A stretch of DNA of 64,000 bases from Cenococcum geophilum. Taxonomy: Eukaryota. Below are positions 10,097-22,783 of the stretch, piece after piece (the first letter of the stretch is position 1; each line of letters begins with the position of its first letter). Both the position numbers and the translations under genes were made by a program. The stretch covers positions 372,001 through 436,000 of the forward strand of contig CP158635.1 of assembly GCA_050273025.1 (NCBI GenBank). Direction: 5' to 3'. The notes below the pieces were generated by a model that worked only from the letters and a program-made list of their open reading frames with translations, did not search any database and was not told where the DNA came from.

Positions 10097-13000
10097 ATGG
10101 CAAACGGTATTACCCATTCGAGCAGTAATGGCGTTCATGAGACCCTGGCTCAGTCGTTGGAGCCGTCATTCGGTGACAAATCTATGCCAATAGCTGTCAT
10201 CGGACTTGCTTGCAGATTTCCAGGTGACGCAACGTCTCCAGAGAAGTTCTGGGAATTTATCGTGCAGGGAAGGAATGCTCTTAGCGAGTTTCCAAAGGAT
10301 CGATTCAACGTTGATTCGTATTACCATCCGGCAGCCGAGAGGGCCGGTTCGGTGAGTCTACCTGTTAATCAGAGTACTTCGAAAGCGTGGAAAGTCTAAT
10401 ATTCCCTACAACAGATCAATATTCGTGGAGGCTATTTCCTAAAGGATGATGTTGCGTGCTTTGATGCCCCATTCTTTTCGATTACTCCGAATGAAGCTAA
10501 GGCAATTGACCCGCAACAACGTGCACTGCTTGAGTTGGCGTACGAGAGTCTAGAAAATGGTAGTTCTAGCCATTCTGATTGATATTAAGAGAGCTAATAG
10601 GGTTGCAGCCGGAATACGAATGGAAGATTTCGTCGGAAGCAAGACCTCCTGCTATGTCGGCAACTTTACTAGAGACTACGGGGAGCTTTTTGACCGAGAC
10701 ATCGATTATCGGCCGAAGTACGCTGCAACCGGATGTGGAGGGGCGATGGCGTCCAACCGTGTATCGTGGTTCTTTAATCTCAAGGGCCCTTCCTTAACTC
10801 TGGATTCGGCATGCTCGTCAAGTTTGGTCGGTGTTCATCTTGCATGTCAAAGCCTGCAGTCCGGAGAGTCCAAGATGGTGAGTCCAGGTTGTGGGCAGCG
10901 ATTGGAGAAAATTGGACCTAATTATTCATAGGCGCTTGTTGGAGGCGTAAATCTTATCCTGAATCCGGATCTCATGGCTTCGATGACATCGCTCAATTTT
11001 CTCAGTCCCGATGCAAAGTGTCAAGCGTTTGACCATAAGGCGAATGGGTATGCTCGAGGAGAGGGATTCGCTGTCATTGCCCTGAAGCCTTTAGATGCCG
11101 CAATTCGCGATAAAGATGTTATTCGTGCGGTGATTCGAGGGAGTGCATTCAATCAAGATGGCCACACGCCAGGGATTACCCTACCAAGCACCCAAGCCCA
11201 AGTGGAATTGATTCGAACGGCGTACCACGCAGCCGGCTTGGATCTGGCTGATACGGCCTACTTTGAGGCCCACGGAACTGGTACGGCAGCAGGAGACCCG
11301 CTTGAGGCTGGTGCCCTTGGGCAAACATTTGCAAAGACTCGGGTGGATCGGGATCCTCTTGTAGTGGGGTCGGTGAAGACAAATATAGGGCATCTTGAGG
11401 GAGCAGCCGGACTTGCGGGGCTCATCAAAGGAATATATATTCTCGAGAAGGGGGTCATCCCACCTCATTTATGGTTCGAAAAGGCAAATCCTAAAATACC
11501 CATGGAAGAGTGGAGGATCAAGGTGAGGGGTTCCCAAGAATAAGAGTGCCGAGGTACGAATTACTAACCCCTGTTCAAGATTCCCACCATGCTGACTCCA
11601 TGGCCTACGACTGGTCTGCGCCGAGTATCAATCGTAAGTGAACAGCATTCACCCTAGACCCTAATATACGGTGTGCAACCGCTTAACCCGTCCTCACTCA
11701 CAGAATTCCTTTGGCTATGGCGGTTCCAACGCCCATGTTATTCTGGACGATGCTTATCATTATCTGCGTTCCCGCAACTTGGAGGCAAATCACAACACCA
11801 TACCTGAAGGAATCCATGCCTCTAACAGCATTGTTAACGGAGATGCACATACAAACGGCTACGGCAATGAGCCACCGCCTACGCAGAATGGGAATACCTC
11901 TTTGTCTTTCACAATGCCAAAGCTACTCGTCTGGTCAGCACATGAGCAAGCTGTCATTGGCAGACTAGGTCAATCATATGCACAGTATCTCAAAGAGCAT
12001 TATGAAGGATTCAATAGCAATTTTCTTGATCGCTTGGCCTTCACACTCGCCTGCCGTCGAAGCGTCATGGCGTGGAAGTCCTTCTGTGTTGCATCTTCTG
12101 CTGACGGTTTACGCGGGGCTCTTGAACGCGGGTTCGGCAAGGCGCAGCGTTCCTCTGCTGTCCCTAGCCTAGGGTTTGTTTTCACCGGCCAGGGCGCGCA
12201 GTGGAACGCCATGGGAAGGGAGTTGCTGCCGTACGAGCACTTCCGGGCTAGTCTACAGGACGCTGATAAGTATATGAGATCACTTGGCTGTCCTTGGTCT
12301 CTGCTCGGTACTTCTACCCCTTTTCCAATATAACTCAATCGCCGCCAACTTGTCCTAATTCGTGATATAGATGAACTCAACCTCGACGAAAAGAGCTCGA
12401 ACGTCAACCGGACTGCTTATAGTCAACCGATGTGTACTGCACTTCAAGTTGCACTTGTAGACCTTCTCCGCAATTGGAATGTCAAACCAACGGCTGTGGT
12501 CGGACACTCTTCGGGAGAAATTGCAGCTGCATATTGCATGGGGGCTATTTCTCGAGAGGATGCTTGGAAAATCGCATATCACCGTGGCCGCCTAGCCGAG
12601 GACATTAGGCGCTTCGCGCCCAACCTCCACGGCGGTATGCTTGCAGCTGGTCTAAAAGAAGAACAAGTACCAAAATATCTTGATCAAGTCACGGACGGCC
12701 GCATTGTTCTGGCGTGTATCAACAGCCCTTCTAGTGTGACGATCTCAGGCGACCGCAGTGGTATTGATCAATTGCACAACCTGTTAGTAGCTGACGGCGT
12801 TTTCAGTAGGAAGCTTCAAGTTTCAAACGCTTACCACTCACATCACATGAAGGTTATTGCTCAAGCGTATCTAGAATGTTTAGCTGGCACCAACCCAGAT
12901 ACCGCCTCCGTTTCCAAGGTGAAAATGTTCTCATCAGTCACTGGTAGAGAGATCACATCGGAAGACCTTGATCCTCAATACTGGGTCGAGAATTTAACTT

Positions 13001-16000
13001 CTCCAGTCCGCTTCAGCGAAGCTGTGGCGAGACTGCTAGACTACTCGCCCAATACGAAAAAGCGTCGCCGAGAACAAAAGCCTTTTGTTGACGTCCTTGT
13101 CGAAATAGGACCCCACGCTGCCTTGAAGGGGCCACTGAAGCAGATCCTTGAGGCAAGTCAAGGCGCAGCTACTACTACCTCATATTTGTCGCTATTACAG
13201 AGGGGCACAGATGCCGCTTTCTCTACCCTTACCGCGATTGGCGGAATATTTGTCAAAGGTTATGATGTCGATATTGCCAAGGTCAATACGGTTGAGGTTG
13301 AACGACCCAAGGAACCGACCCCGCTAGTTGATCTACCGTCCTATCCTTGGACTCGTTCTACAAGGTATTGGCATGAATCAACCTTGAGCCAGAATCTGCG
13401 TTTCAGGAAGCAGCCTCGCCTTGACCTCCTTGGAGCGCCCGTCCTCGACTATAACCCGATGGAGCCGAAGTGGAGACAATTCATAAGGAAATCAGAGAAC
13501 CCTTGGGTGCAAGATCACAGAGTAAGCTATATTGTTACACGAATCGATATCATGCGTACTAAACCATGCTTAGGTGCAATCAACCATGTTGTATCCCGGC
13601 GCAGGAATGATCATAATGGCCGTTGAGGCCCTCAAACAGATTGCCGATCAGGACAAAGTTCTCAAAGGTTTCGAACTTCGGGACATAAAGATTGGGAAGC
13701 CTATCGTTGTCCCTCAGCATGATGATGGGATTGAGACTTCGATTCAAATGCGACCTTGGAAACTGGGCAGCCGCGCTGATACCGCAGTCTGGCAGGAATT
13801 CTCCATCTTTTCGAAGGTGCAAGGGCAGGACTGGCTGCAGAATTGCTCTGGCCTCATACTAGCCGATTATGAGCGTAGTCTCACGCCTAACGAGATCTTA
13901 GAAGAAGATGCCAAAGCCAAAGAACTCAGGTCACACTATGCCGCTACCAAGGCCCTTTGTCCCGTCTCGGAGACTCCGCGGCACATTTACGAAACGCTCG
14001 AGACCATCGGCCTTCAATATGGCCCTACGTTCCAAAACATAACCAGCCTTTCATCTGGAGATCACAAGAGCACTGGCTCTATGTCAATTCCAGACACAAA
14101 GGCTGTGATGCCCCAGAAATTCGAGTACCCCTATACCATCCATCCTGCTACTCTTGACACAGCGTTTCAAATGGCCCTCCGCGCCATTACGGGAATGAAA
14201 GAACACCTCCAAGTACCCAAGCTGCCGACCCTTGTTGAGAAGATGTACATTTCAGCGAATGTCACCACTGAACCAGGCCGCGAGCTGCACGGATATGCCC
14301 TCGGAGAGGATCTAAGTGTTCGCGAATCTAGTGCTACTATATTCCTCTGGGATGGTGCTGCTGCTCAGCCGGATATCTGCATTGAGGGTCTTCACGTTGT
14401 AGCTCTATCCTCCATGACTGACGATGATTCATCTTCAGATTTGACCTCCAGAATAAGGAAGCTCTGCTTTGAGATGCGTTGGAAGCCGGATATTGACCTT
14501 ATGACGCCAGAAGAGACCAACGAGCTCCTTACCAGGGATCCACGTGAGCCCGATCCAAGGATTATCGGTGATCTTGAGTTAGCAGCTTTCATTTACATCC
14601 GGCGAATAGTTCAAACTTTCACCCAAGAAGACGCTTCAAAGTTTGCTACTCATCATCGACTTATGTACGAGTGGGCGAAGCACAAATACGATCTCGCCGT
14701 GGAAGGCAGAATCCCGCATCAGGATGGAACCATTGATTGGATGAATCTCGGCCCAACATTCGAGATTCAGCATCTACAGCGAATGGCCTCAAAATGTGTC
14801 GACATCAAGCTACTTTCTCGGCTCGGAGAAAATTTTGAGGAAATATACAAAGGCAAGCTTGAGCCCCTGCAGGTTATGCTCGAGAATGATCTACTCTACG
14901 AGTTCTACAGAGACGCTGCAGACCTGTCAGAAATGAGTAACACAATTGCAACTTACATGGACTATGCCGCGCACAAACGACCCGACCTTAAAATACTCGA
15001 GATCGGTGCAGGAACTGGCAGCAGTACGATACCGATCTTAGAGGTCCTTGGAGGACATCGGGGATACCCAGCCCGGTTCAGCTCTTACACTTTTACGGAC
15101 ATTTCCGCCGGGTTCTTTGACAAAGCAGGGGAGATTTTGAAGGATTGGGAGCCTTACCTAACCTATCATAAGCTCGATATTGAGCAAGATCCAACCGACC
15201 AAGGGTTTGAGGCAGAGTCATACGACATTGTGATTGCTAACAATGTGCTGCACGCGACACACAGTATCCAGCAGACTCTCGCTAATGCGAAACGACTTTT
15301 GAAGCCGTAAGTTGAGCTCGAACCCATTCCTCGGCTACAACAGCGCTGATGAAGCTTCACAGGAGCGGCAAGCTAGTTCTAGGTGAAGTGACGCAGAATT
15401 TACTCCGAGCAACCATGCTTTTCGGATGGCTTCCTGGGTGGTGGAACGGTATGTGCTATCTGTTGTGCTATCTGTATGTCGAGGGATCGACGAAGCTAAT
15501 TAAATTATCTCAGGCGAGAATGACGGGCGAAAAGGAGGTCCAACTCTCACTTCATCAGAGTGGAATGATGCATTAAAGAAACAAGGTTTCAGTGGTGTGG
15601 ATCAATGCCTAAACAGTCGGCCGGCGGTAAAGGATAACTGCTGCAGTGTGCTTATTTCAACTGCCTCCCAGCCAGCAGAGGACGAGTTCACAGGCGATAC
15701 TCTCATTGTTACTTCGTCAGCGAGCATCGAAGATCAATCTCTTTCAAATGCTCTGGCTGACAAACTTCATTTGCTTGGTTCTGGAACAAGTATCGTTAGC
15801 TTGGAAGACATGCCATCACTTGATCTCAAGAACAAGCACTGCATAGTAATTGTGGAGGTATTCGAGTCAATTTTGGTTGAGGTAAGCCAAGCTCGATTTG
15901 AGGCAGTGAGATACCTTACCTTGAACTCTGCTGGCGTGCTATGGGTTACAAAAGGAGGCACCTTGGAGAGTCCAGATCCTAAAAAGAATATCATGGTTGG

Positions 16001-18591
16001 ACTCTCCCGAACTATCCGAGCAGAACATGCTGGAGTCAAGCTGGCTACTCTGGACCTCGAGCTTGCAGAAGGGCCTGCGCCGCATGAGGTTGCAGACATT
16101 ATCACTCGGGCTTTCGTCTCCATGTGCGACACATCAATGGACAAGACGAGCGATTACGAATACGCCGTACAAGACGGTCTTATTCACACTGCTCGCTTCT
16201 TCCCTCAGAAAGAGATGAACGAAATGCTCGCAGACCAGGAAAATCTTTCTCAGCCAGTCATGCAACCTTTCGGTCAACCAGGTCGTCCGTTGAAGCTTGA
16301 AATAGGAGCCCCTGGAATGCTTGACACCCTCCATTTTGTGGATGATTATGAAGCCCTAGAGCCTGTCGGAGACGACGAACTTGATGTTAAGGTCATGGCA
16401 TCCGGCCTAAATTTCCTTGATATCATGGTATCAATGGGGCAAGTCAACGAAACTGCCGGTTTGCTCGGCGCTGAATGTAGCGGCGTTGTACACCGCGTGG
16501 GTCGTAACGTAACAAATTTCAAGCCCGGAGACAGAGCTGTGACGTTCAGGTTAGGTTGTCACAGGACATTCGTCAGGTGTCCTGCTGTTCTTTGCCAACC
16601 TCTGCCGGAGCACATCAGCTTTGAAGAGGGTGCATCGCTCCTGCTTATTTATGGCACGGTCTACGCTTCTCTTGTCGATGCCGCTCGTATGCGTAAGGGT
16701 GAGTCAATCCTAATACACGCCGCAGCAGGTGGCGTGGGCCAAGCTGCGATCATCATGTCTCAATGGATCGGGGCGGAGATATTTGCCACAGTAGGCTCTG
16801 AAGAGAAGAAGCGGCTAATTATGAGCGAATACGGCATTCCAGAAGACCATATATTTGACAGCCGCAACTTGAGCTTTGCTAAAGGTATTAAGAGAATGAC
16901 AAATGGCAGAGGTGTTGATGTAGTGCTCAACTCGCTGGCTGGAGAGGCACTCCGTGATACCTGGCACTGCGTCGCTCCATTCGGCCGCTTCATTGAGATT
17001 GGTAAAAAGGATATTATTGGCAACACCGGATTGGACATGGCACCTTTCATCAACGGCTTGACCTTTGCAACGGTCAATCTGATTGCAACTCACAAATTGG
17101 ATTCCCAGGCGCAAGCTAAACTCATTTCCAACGTCATGGACCTTGTACGGAAGGGTATCGTAAGACCTGTGACGCCACTCAATATTTATCGATACTCGGA
17201 GATTGAAGATGCCTTCAGACTTATGCAGACCGGCAAGCATACTGGCAAGATTATTCTGAAAGCAAGTGATGACGATATTGTTCCTGTAAGCATGAGAATC
17301 CAAAAGTATGAAGTGCAAGAGCTAACAGATGCATTAGGTTCTTCCTTCGAAGCGTCAGCAAAGTATCTTCAGACAGGATTCCTCGTACATCCTGGCAGGA
17401 GGTCTCGGAGGTCTCGGACGAAGCGTAGCTAGATGGATGGTAGATCGCGGTGCACGCAATCTTATATTCCTGTCGAGATCCGGAGCCAGCAAGCCAGAGG
17501 CGGCGAAACTAGTCAAGGAGCTGAGTGACGATGGTGCAAACATCCATGCGTTTGCTTGTGATGTCAGCGATGAGAGCCACCTCAAAGAAGTGCTCCGGAA
17601 ATGCGCAGAGTCACTTCCTCCAATCCGGGGCGCCATCCAGGGAGCCATGGTCCTTCAGGTACGTAAAGATTCCGGGTAACTGGCCCAAATGATAGAGCTA
17701 ACATAACAACAGGACTCTACGATCGAGAAGATGACGGCTGAAGACTGGACAGCGGCCATTAGACCGAAGGTCAAGGGTTCATGGAACCTTCATAATCAGT
17801 TGCCAACAGACATGGACTTCTTCCTGCTCCTTTCGTCCAGTGCTGGTATCGTCGGTAGTCGTGGCCAAGGAAACTACAACGGAGGCAACGCTTACCAAGA
17901 TGCGCTCGCTTTCTATCGCAACTCCCGTGGCTTACCGGCCTCTTCAGTCGATCTGGGCATGATTCTTGGTGTCGGCTTTGTCGCCGAAACCGACGCATCG
18001 ACCCAAAACACCGCGCGCGCCGTAGCCGTGACCGACAACCTCAAGAACTGGGGCTTCATCGGCATCCGCGAGCAGGAGTTCCTGAACATCCTCGACGGCG
18101 CCATCACAAGCCGCGACCGCTTCGATGGACGCGTCCCATGCCAGATTATAACGGGTCTCGGAACTGGCGGGCTGATGCAGCAGAGTGGTGCCGTGGACGA
18201 CCCTTGGTGGTTTAAAGACGCCAAGTTCTCCGTCCTCGCAAAGCTGGATACAAAGACTAGGAGCTCTGACGCCGAAGCCTCTGGGGCGCAACTGGCGCGG
18301 CAACTGGGTGAAGTCACCAGCGTGGATGCCGGCGCGGCGGTCATCGCGCAGGCTGTCACGACGCGCCTGGCTAAAAGCATGGCTATGGCGATCGAAGATC
18401 TGGACCCCTCAAAGCCGGTAAACTCGTATGGTGTTGACTCACTCGTTGCAGTGGAGCTGAGGAACTGGATCTTGCGTGAGATCAAAGCCGACCTGAGCAT
18501 CTTTGATATTCTGAGCAATATCCCGCTAACGTCGCTGGCGAGTAAGATCGCGTCGAAGTCGTCGCTCATTCCTGTTTTGCAGGTGGAATAG
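10097..18591 (+). CDS. Highly reducing iterative type I polyketide synthase KS-AT-DH-cMT-ER-KR-ACP, 12 exons, ~2619 aa
   Basis: Introns 10352-10414, 10560-10608, 10878-10931, 11523-11579, 11634-11703, 12308-12370, 13522-13573, 15307-15362, 15449-15513, 17286-17337, 17659-17712 leave a 7860-nt frame; [106 protein letters not shown]; no C-terminal TE or R domain. Confidence 0.97.
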
Positions 18592-19291
18592 GCCATTTGA
18601 GGTGGACCAATATCAATTTTTGGACTGAAAAGCAACTAGGTTCTGTGCTTGTGTCACGAGTCATTATGAAGTAGTCAAACTAAATTTATGATCTAGATTA
18701 AACTGATCTAATATCATATAAGAACATTTTTCGTTCTTCTTTTACATCTCTTTATTGTATGGAGAGATGTTATCTGATGAGCAGAAATTGAACTTATACA
18801 TTTGGCTCAGTGCTCTTATCAATATCGAATATTGATTACTGATATTGAATATTGAATATTGAACGTTCAGTATCAATATCAATACGATATGTTCAATACT
18901 GAAAGATATTAAATATTGAAGATTTTTAGAGTTAAGGTGGTAAAATTAAGGCAGATGTATTAGTAAAATGACTCTCGGGCCTCCTTACAATACGTGCGCA
19001 TTTCAAATCTGTTAGGTAAACCTACAGAAAGTAAAAATTACGGAGTATTAAACATTAAATTAGATCTTGCAAGTCATCGTATCCACGCCCTCCCCCCCGG
19101 TATACTCTACGTTCGATCAACGCCATGCCTCCCTTATCTACCAACGTAATTGAGGACGATGATATATCCTCCTCTGCTATTTCTGAGCTCGATTCTGATC
19201 GGTTTACCCACTCTGGCGGCGACGACGCGTCGAGCGACTACGACGCGTTGAACGACTATGACGCGTTGAGCGACTCTACACCAAATGTAAC

Positions 19292-21744
19292 TGTCGGAAT
19301 GTATGGACAGAGGTTATATTGTCTCTGATTAGTCACCCTTGTGGTGACTCATCAGTCCCCTACTTAGGCACTGCGATCCTTACGATCCTTTGCTTTCTAC
19401 ATCAAAAACAGAAATAATCATCATACTATCTACGAACCGTAGCTACGTGATATTACCTTGTGTAACCAACACTAATTAGTGGTTAACTTCACTGTTATAC
19501 CACAGAACAGCTAGGTATTCCACCAAGAAGAGACAAGCCACTGTACCAGTGCTACTCGTGCTAAGGGGAGCTGTCTTTTAAGGTTAGAACTGGTCCTAAA
19601 CCTTAAATAGAACTCTTCCACGAATCTAAGGATCTAAAGGCCAGAACTGGTCCTGAGCCTTTCTAAGATTACGGATTCTTGCGTCTATCACGCAGAACAA
19701 CACGCTTTACGAGTCTTCGCGATTCAAGGCTAGAACTAGTCCTGAGCCCCATAATCGCAAATACACGTCACGAATGCGTACCAAACCACGAACGCGTACC
19801 AACTTATAAACATATACCAAACCACAAACGCGTGCCAAATCACGAACGCGTACTAAACGACAATCCCTACACCAACAACACTTCCCTTCCTCCGAAAACA
19901 TGGCTACTTTAAACAACTGAAAAGACTCCTTACTACTAGGGGTAGCTACGTACGCAAAACTCATCGACAAAAATTGGGACGAATTTACCATTAATATAAC
20001 AACTTGTACCGAAACAAGTTAACGGCTTTCTCCTACACCGTATTCTATTTTACTAAAGTAGATACTACGCCAATTTACAGCTATGGGAATATTTCAGGGA
20101 GGATTTTGTGGGATGGACTGCCGATACCTGGGCACTTAGTAATATTTATATTATTCAAGATTTTTAAGACTTCCTTCGGGAGAAAGGAGTATTTGTCCCT
20201 ATAGATGGGGGTAATATTGGAGACAATATTTAGAAGTAAGTTCTTAACGCAAAAGAAGAACACAAATAGACTCCATAAGAGATTGAGCACCAAAAGAAGT
20301 TTAACTCTCGAGGGAATTCTAATAACGGACAGCCACAAGCAACACCACAGACAACCTCAGGCTATCAAACACCTCAAATTCCTCAAGCTGCCGTATCTCA
20401 ACCCGTGCCACAAGCTCCGTCCGTACAAGCTCCGTCTACACAAGCTCCGTCTATACAAGCTCCGTCCGCACAAGCTCCGTCCGTACAAGCTCCGTCTACA
20501 CAAGCTCCGTCTATACAAGCTCCGTCCGCACAAGCTCCGCCTATACAAGCTCCATCCGCACAAGCTCCGTCTATACAAGCTCCGTCCGCACAAGCTCCGT
20601 CTATACAAGCTCCGTCTGGACAAGCTCCGTCCGCACAAGCTCCGTTCAACTCAAGCGCCGAGACGTCTCCTCTAACCCCTATCGTACCTAGACAACCGGC
20701 ACAACAAGCTAGATCTATAAACGACGTCCCAACCCACTAGCAACAGCCTCCGCAGCAATCTCCGCAGCAATCTCCGCAAGAACCTCCGCAAGAACCTCCG
20801 CAAGAACCTCCGCAAGAACCACCGCAAGAACCTCCGCAGCAACCACAGCAGCCGCAGCAATCTCCGCAGCAACCTCCGCAACAACCTCCGCAGGAACCTC
20901 CGCAGCGACCGCAGCAGCTACACATACATACACTACCTAAACTGGCCGTGCTTAGTGTGGAGCAAGGACCTAGGCAAGGACCTGGATACAGCAAGGAGGT
21001 GGCCATAATTGTAGAGATCTACACAGATAATAAGTTGTTTATAGCTTGCCAGGGAGTTCCTATCTGTAAAATTGCCGTCTTAAATCCTGGAGAAGACTTG
21101 TCTTAGTTAATCAACAAGTTACAGTCTTTAATTGTTGCATGGGAGAAGGAACACCCTAGTCAAGGAGTGTATACTATCTTTACGGATCGCCGCTACCACA
21201 ATCAAGATTAAGGCCGAAACCACTACCGAAACTTTAGCCGCAATTGAGCACCCTGCGGACGATATAACAAAGGGGTAGGTTAAACAAACGGACTTGCCAT
21301 GGAACCACCCGACGCTCGCACCGTACTGCTACCTAAATGACAACTATCGTGCCGATACGCCTGCGATCTACCGACCGAATGATCGTGCCTATACGCCTAC
21401 GATTAACCGACCGACTGATAGACAAGCTCTATGCCTGACCACTATCACTACCGCCGCTAGTATCGTACTACTACCCAAACAGACTTTTGCTGCTTCTACC
21501 TGCAGCTAAACTAACACTTTACTGCCTTTCTGCAGCGCCATAAGCACAAAGAAAGAACTGCCAGTGTCGGAATGTATAGACAGAGGTTATATTGTCTCTG
21601 ATTAGTCACCCTTGTGGTGACTCATCAGCCCCCTACTTAGGCACTGCGATCCTTACGATCCTTTGCTTTCTACATCAAAAACAGAAACAATCATCATACT
21701 ATCTACGAACCGTAGCTACGTGATATCACCTTGTGTAACCAACA
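19292..21744 (+). mobile_element. Non-autonomous LTR element (2.45 kb), probably a deleted Ty1/copia retaining gag pieces
   Basis: 180-bp TG..CA LTRs 19292-19471 and 21565-21744 (4 transition differences), 5-bp TSD GTAAC; gag-like GPGYSKEVAIIVEIYTD, ACQGVPICKIAV, LINKLQSLIVAWEKE, FTDRRYH; no RT or integrase seen. Confidence 0.88.
20410..20910 (+). repeat. Minisatellites in the gag-like region: 15-bp ACAAGCTCCGTCYRY (QAPSx) array followed by a ~12-bp CCTCCGCAAGAA (PPQE) array
   Basis: About 16 units at 20410-20645 and a second array at ~20745-20910. Confidence 0.9.
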
Positions 21745-22580
21745 GTAACCACCACAAAGTCGCCTCGTAGAAGGCGCTAGTTAGCCGCCTCTACGTGGCA
21801 GCTTGCCCGCAATCCTCTCTCAAATGGCAATTAATATATTATCTCTACCGTCAATATTGGCAGAGGCCGAGTAAATCTTTTTAGGTACACGGCGAACAAT
21901 CTCATGGGACCGTATATTACTAGGGAGTGCTAATATCAAACGTGCGGAATGCTTGAAGAGCTGGCTACTAAGCAATATTACCGCGGGAGGAGGCTTATAG
22001 CGACGAATGTAGTACAAGAGGCTTCGGAGGCCTTGGCAGAATCTAGAGCAGCTAACATCTACTACACCATGCCAGGGGTCACGAAGGTAACGATAGTGGT
22101 GAGAGAGCAATCGCAAGAGAGCAGCTATTTTGAAGCTCTACTTGAGCCTAGGGGCGTACGGGGCCTATATTTAATTAAAACACTCTACTAAGACTATACT
22201 ATATTCAATATTTAATATCTTTCAATATCTTTTTAATATTGAACTAATATTTAATATCAATAGTAATACGGCCTTATTCTAATATCGAATATTAATAAGA
22301 GCACTGATTTGGCTTTTCTTAGAGACTATTATAAATAGTATCGTGCCCTGCAGCATCGACCTGAAAGCGCGTGATTCTCGGATGCTCTTTTCATTCTTTT
22401 TATGGTTGTTCGGAAACCCATTATACTTAGACTACGCTCATTATGCGAAGGTCTTCTGCTTGAGGGTTTGGTTTTAGAGAATAAGTCTTGGTCTACCTTA
22501 CAACTAAACTCTGAGCCTTAGTATGGCCACCACCCTAGCTACGCGGAGCTACAGGTTTTATCGCGAAGATATCGGCTATA

Positions 22581-22783
22581 CTACCTCTTTAAAAAAGCTC
22601 TTGGGGAGTCCGTTCCGGCTGACTTTGAAGCAGTGTGCCCAACAGCGAGCCATCAGCGAGCGAGCTGCCAAGAAGCACTAACTGGCTATCAAAAAAGGCC
22701 TCAAGCTCACTCGCCGCTGTTTTTAGAGCTTGTCGCTAGCGCGCCAACTGTTAGAACTCGTGTGAGGATCAAATTGAGGAGAA
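22581..22783. mobile_element. Possible truncated end of a Tc1/mariner-like element
   Basis: TA|CTACCTCTTTAAAAAAGCTC resembles the TIR start at 5801; no partner end found in the window. Confidence 0.3.

Larger units (their letters stand above)
18808..22306 (+). mobile_element. Internally deleted hAT element (~1.04 kb) split by an LTR element
   Basis: TIR CAGTGCTCTTATCAATAT / ATATTAATAAGAGCACTG; 8-bp TSD ATTTGGCT (18800-18807, 22307-22314); AATATT/AATATC subterminal repeats; ORF from 19125 continues after the insertion (..STPNVT-TTKSPRRRR*LAASTWQLARNP). Confidence 0.9.

Noticed and set aside
8278..10128. Short ORFs between hydrolase and PKS, possibly a hidden regulator
   Set aside because: No convincing domain, splice pattern or complete Cys6 motif; several begin at non-ATG codons
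17913..18635. 240-aa antisense ORF over the PKS 3' end
   Set aside because: Shadow frame of a GC-rich exon with no recognisable motifs
857..18808. Cluster carried as a composite hAT transposon
   Set aside because: The flanking hAT ends have different TIRs, belong to separate elements and share no TSD (GCCTCAAT versus ATTTGGCT); the right element is closed by its own TSD
20398..21006. Cys-rich ORFs (CADGA and CGGS repeats) resembling metallothioneins or antifreeze proteins
   Set aside because: They are antisense readings of the QAPS/PPQE minisatellites inside the LTR element
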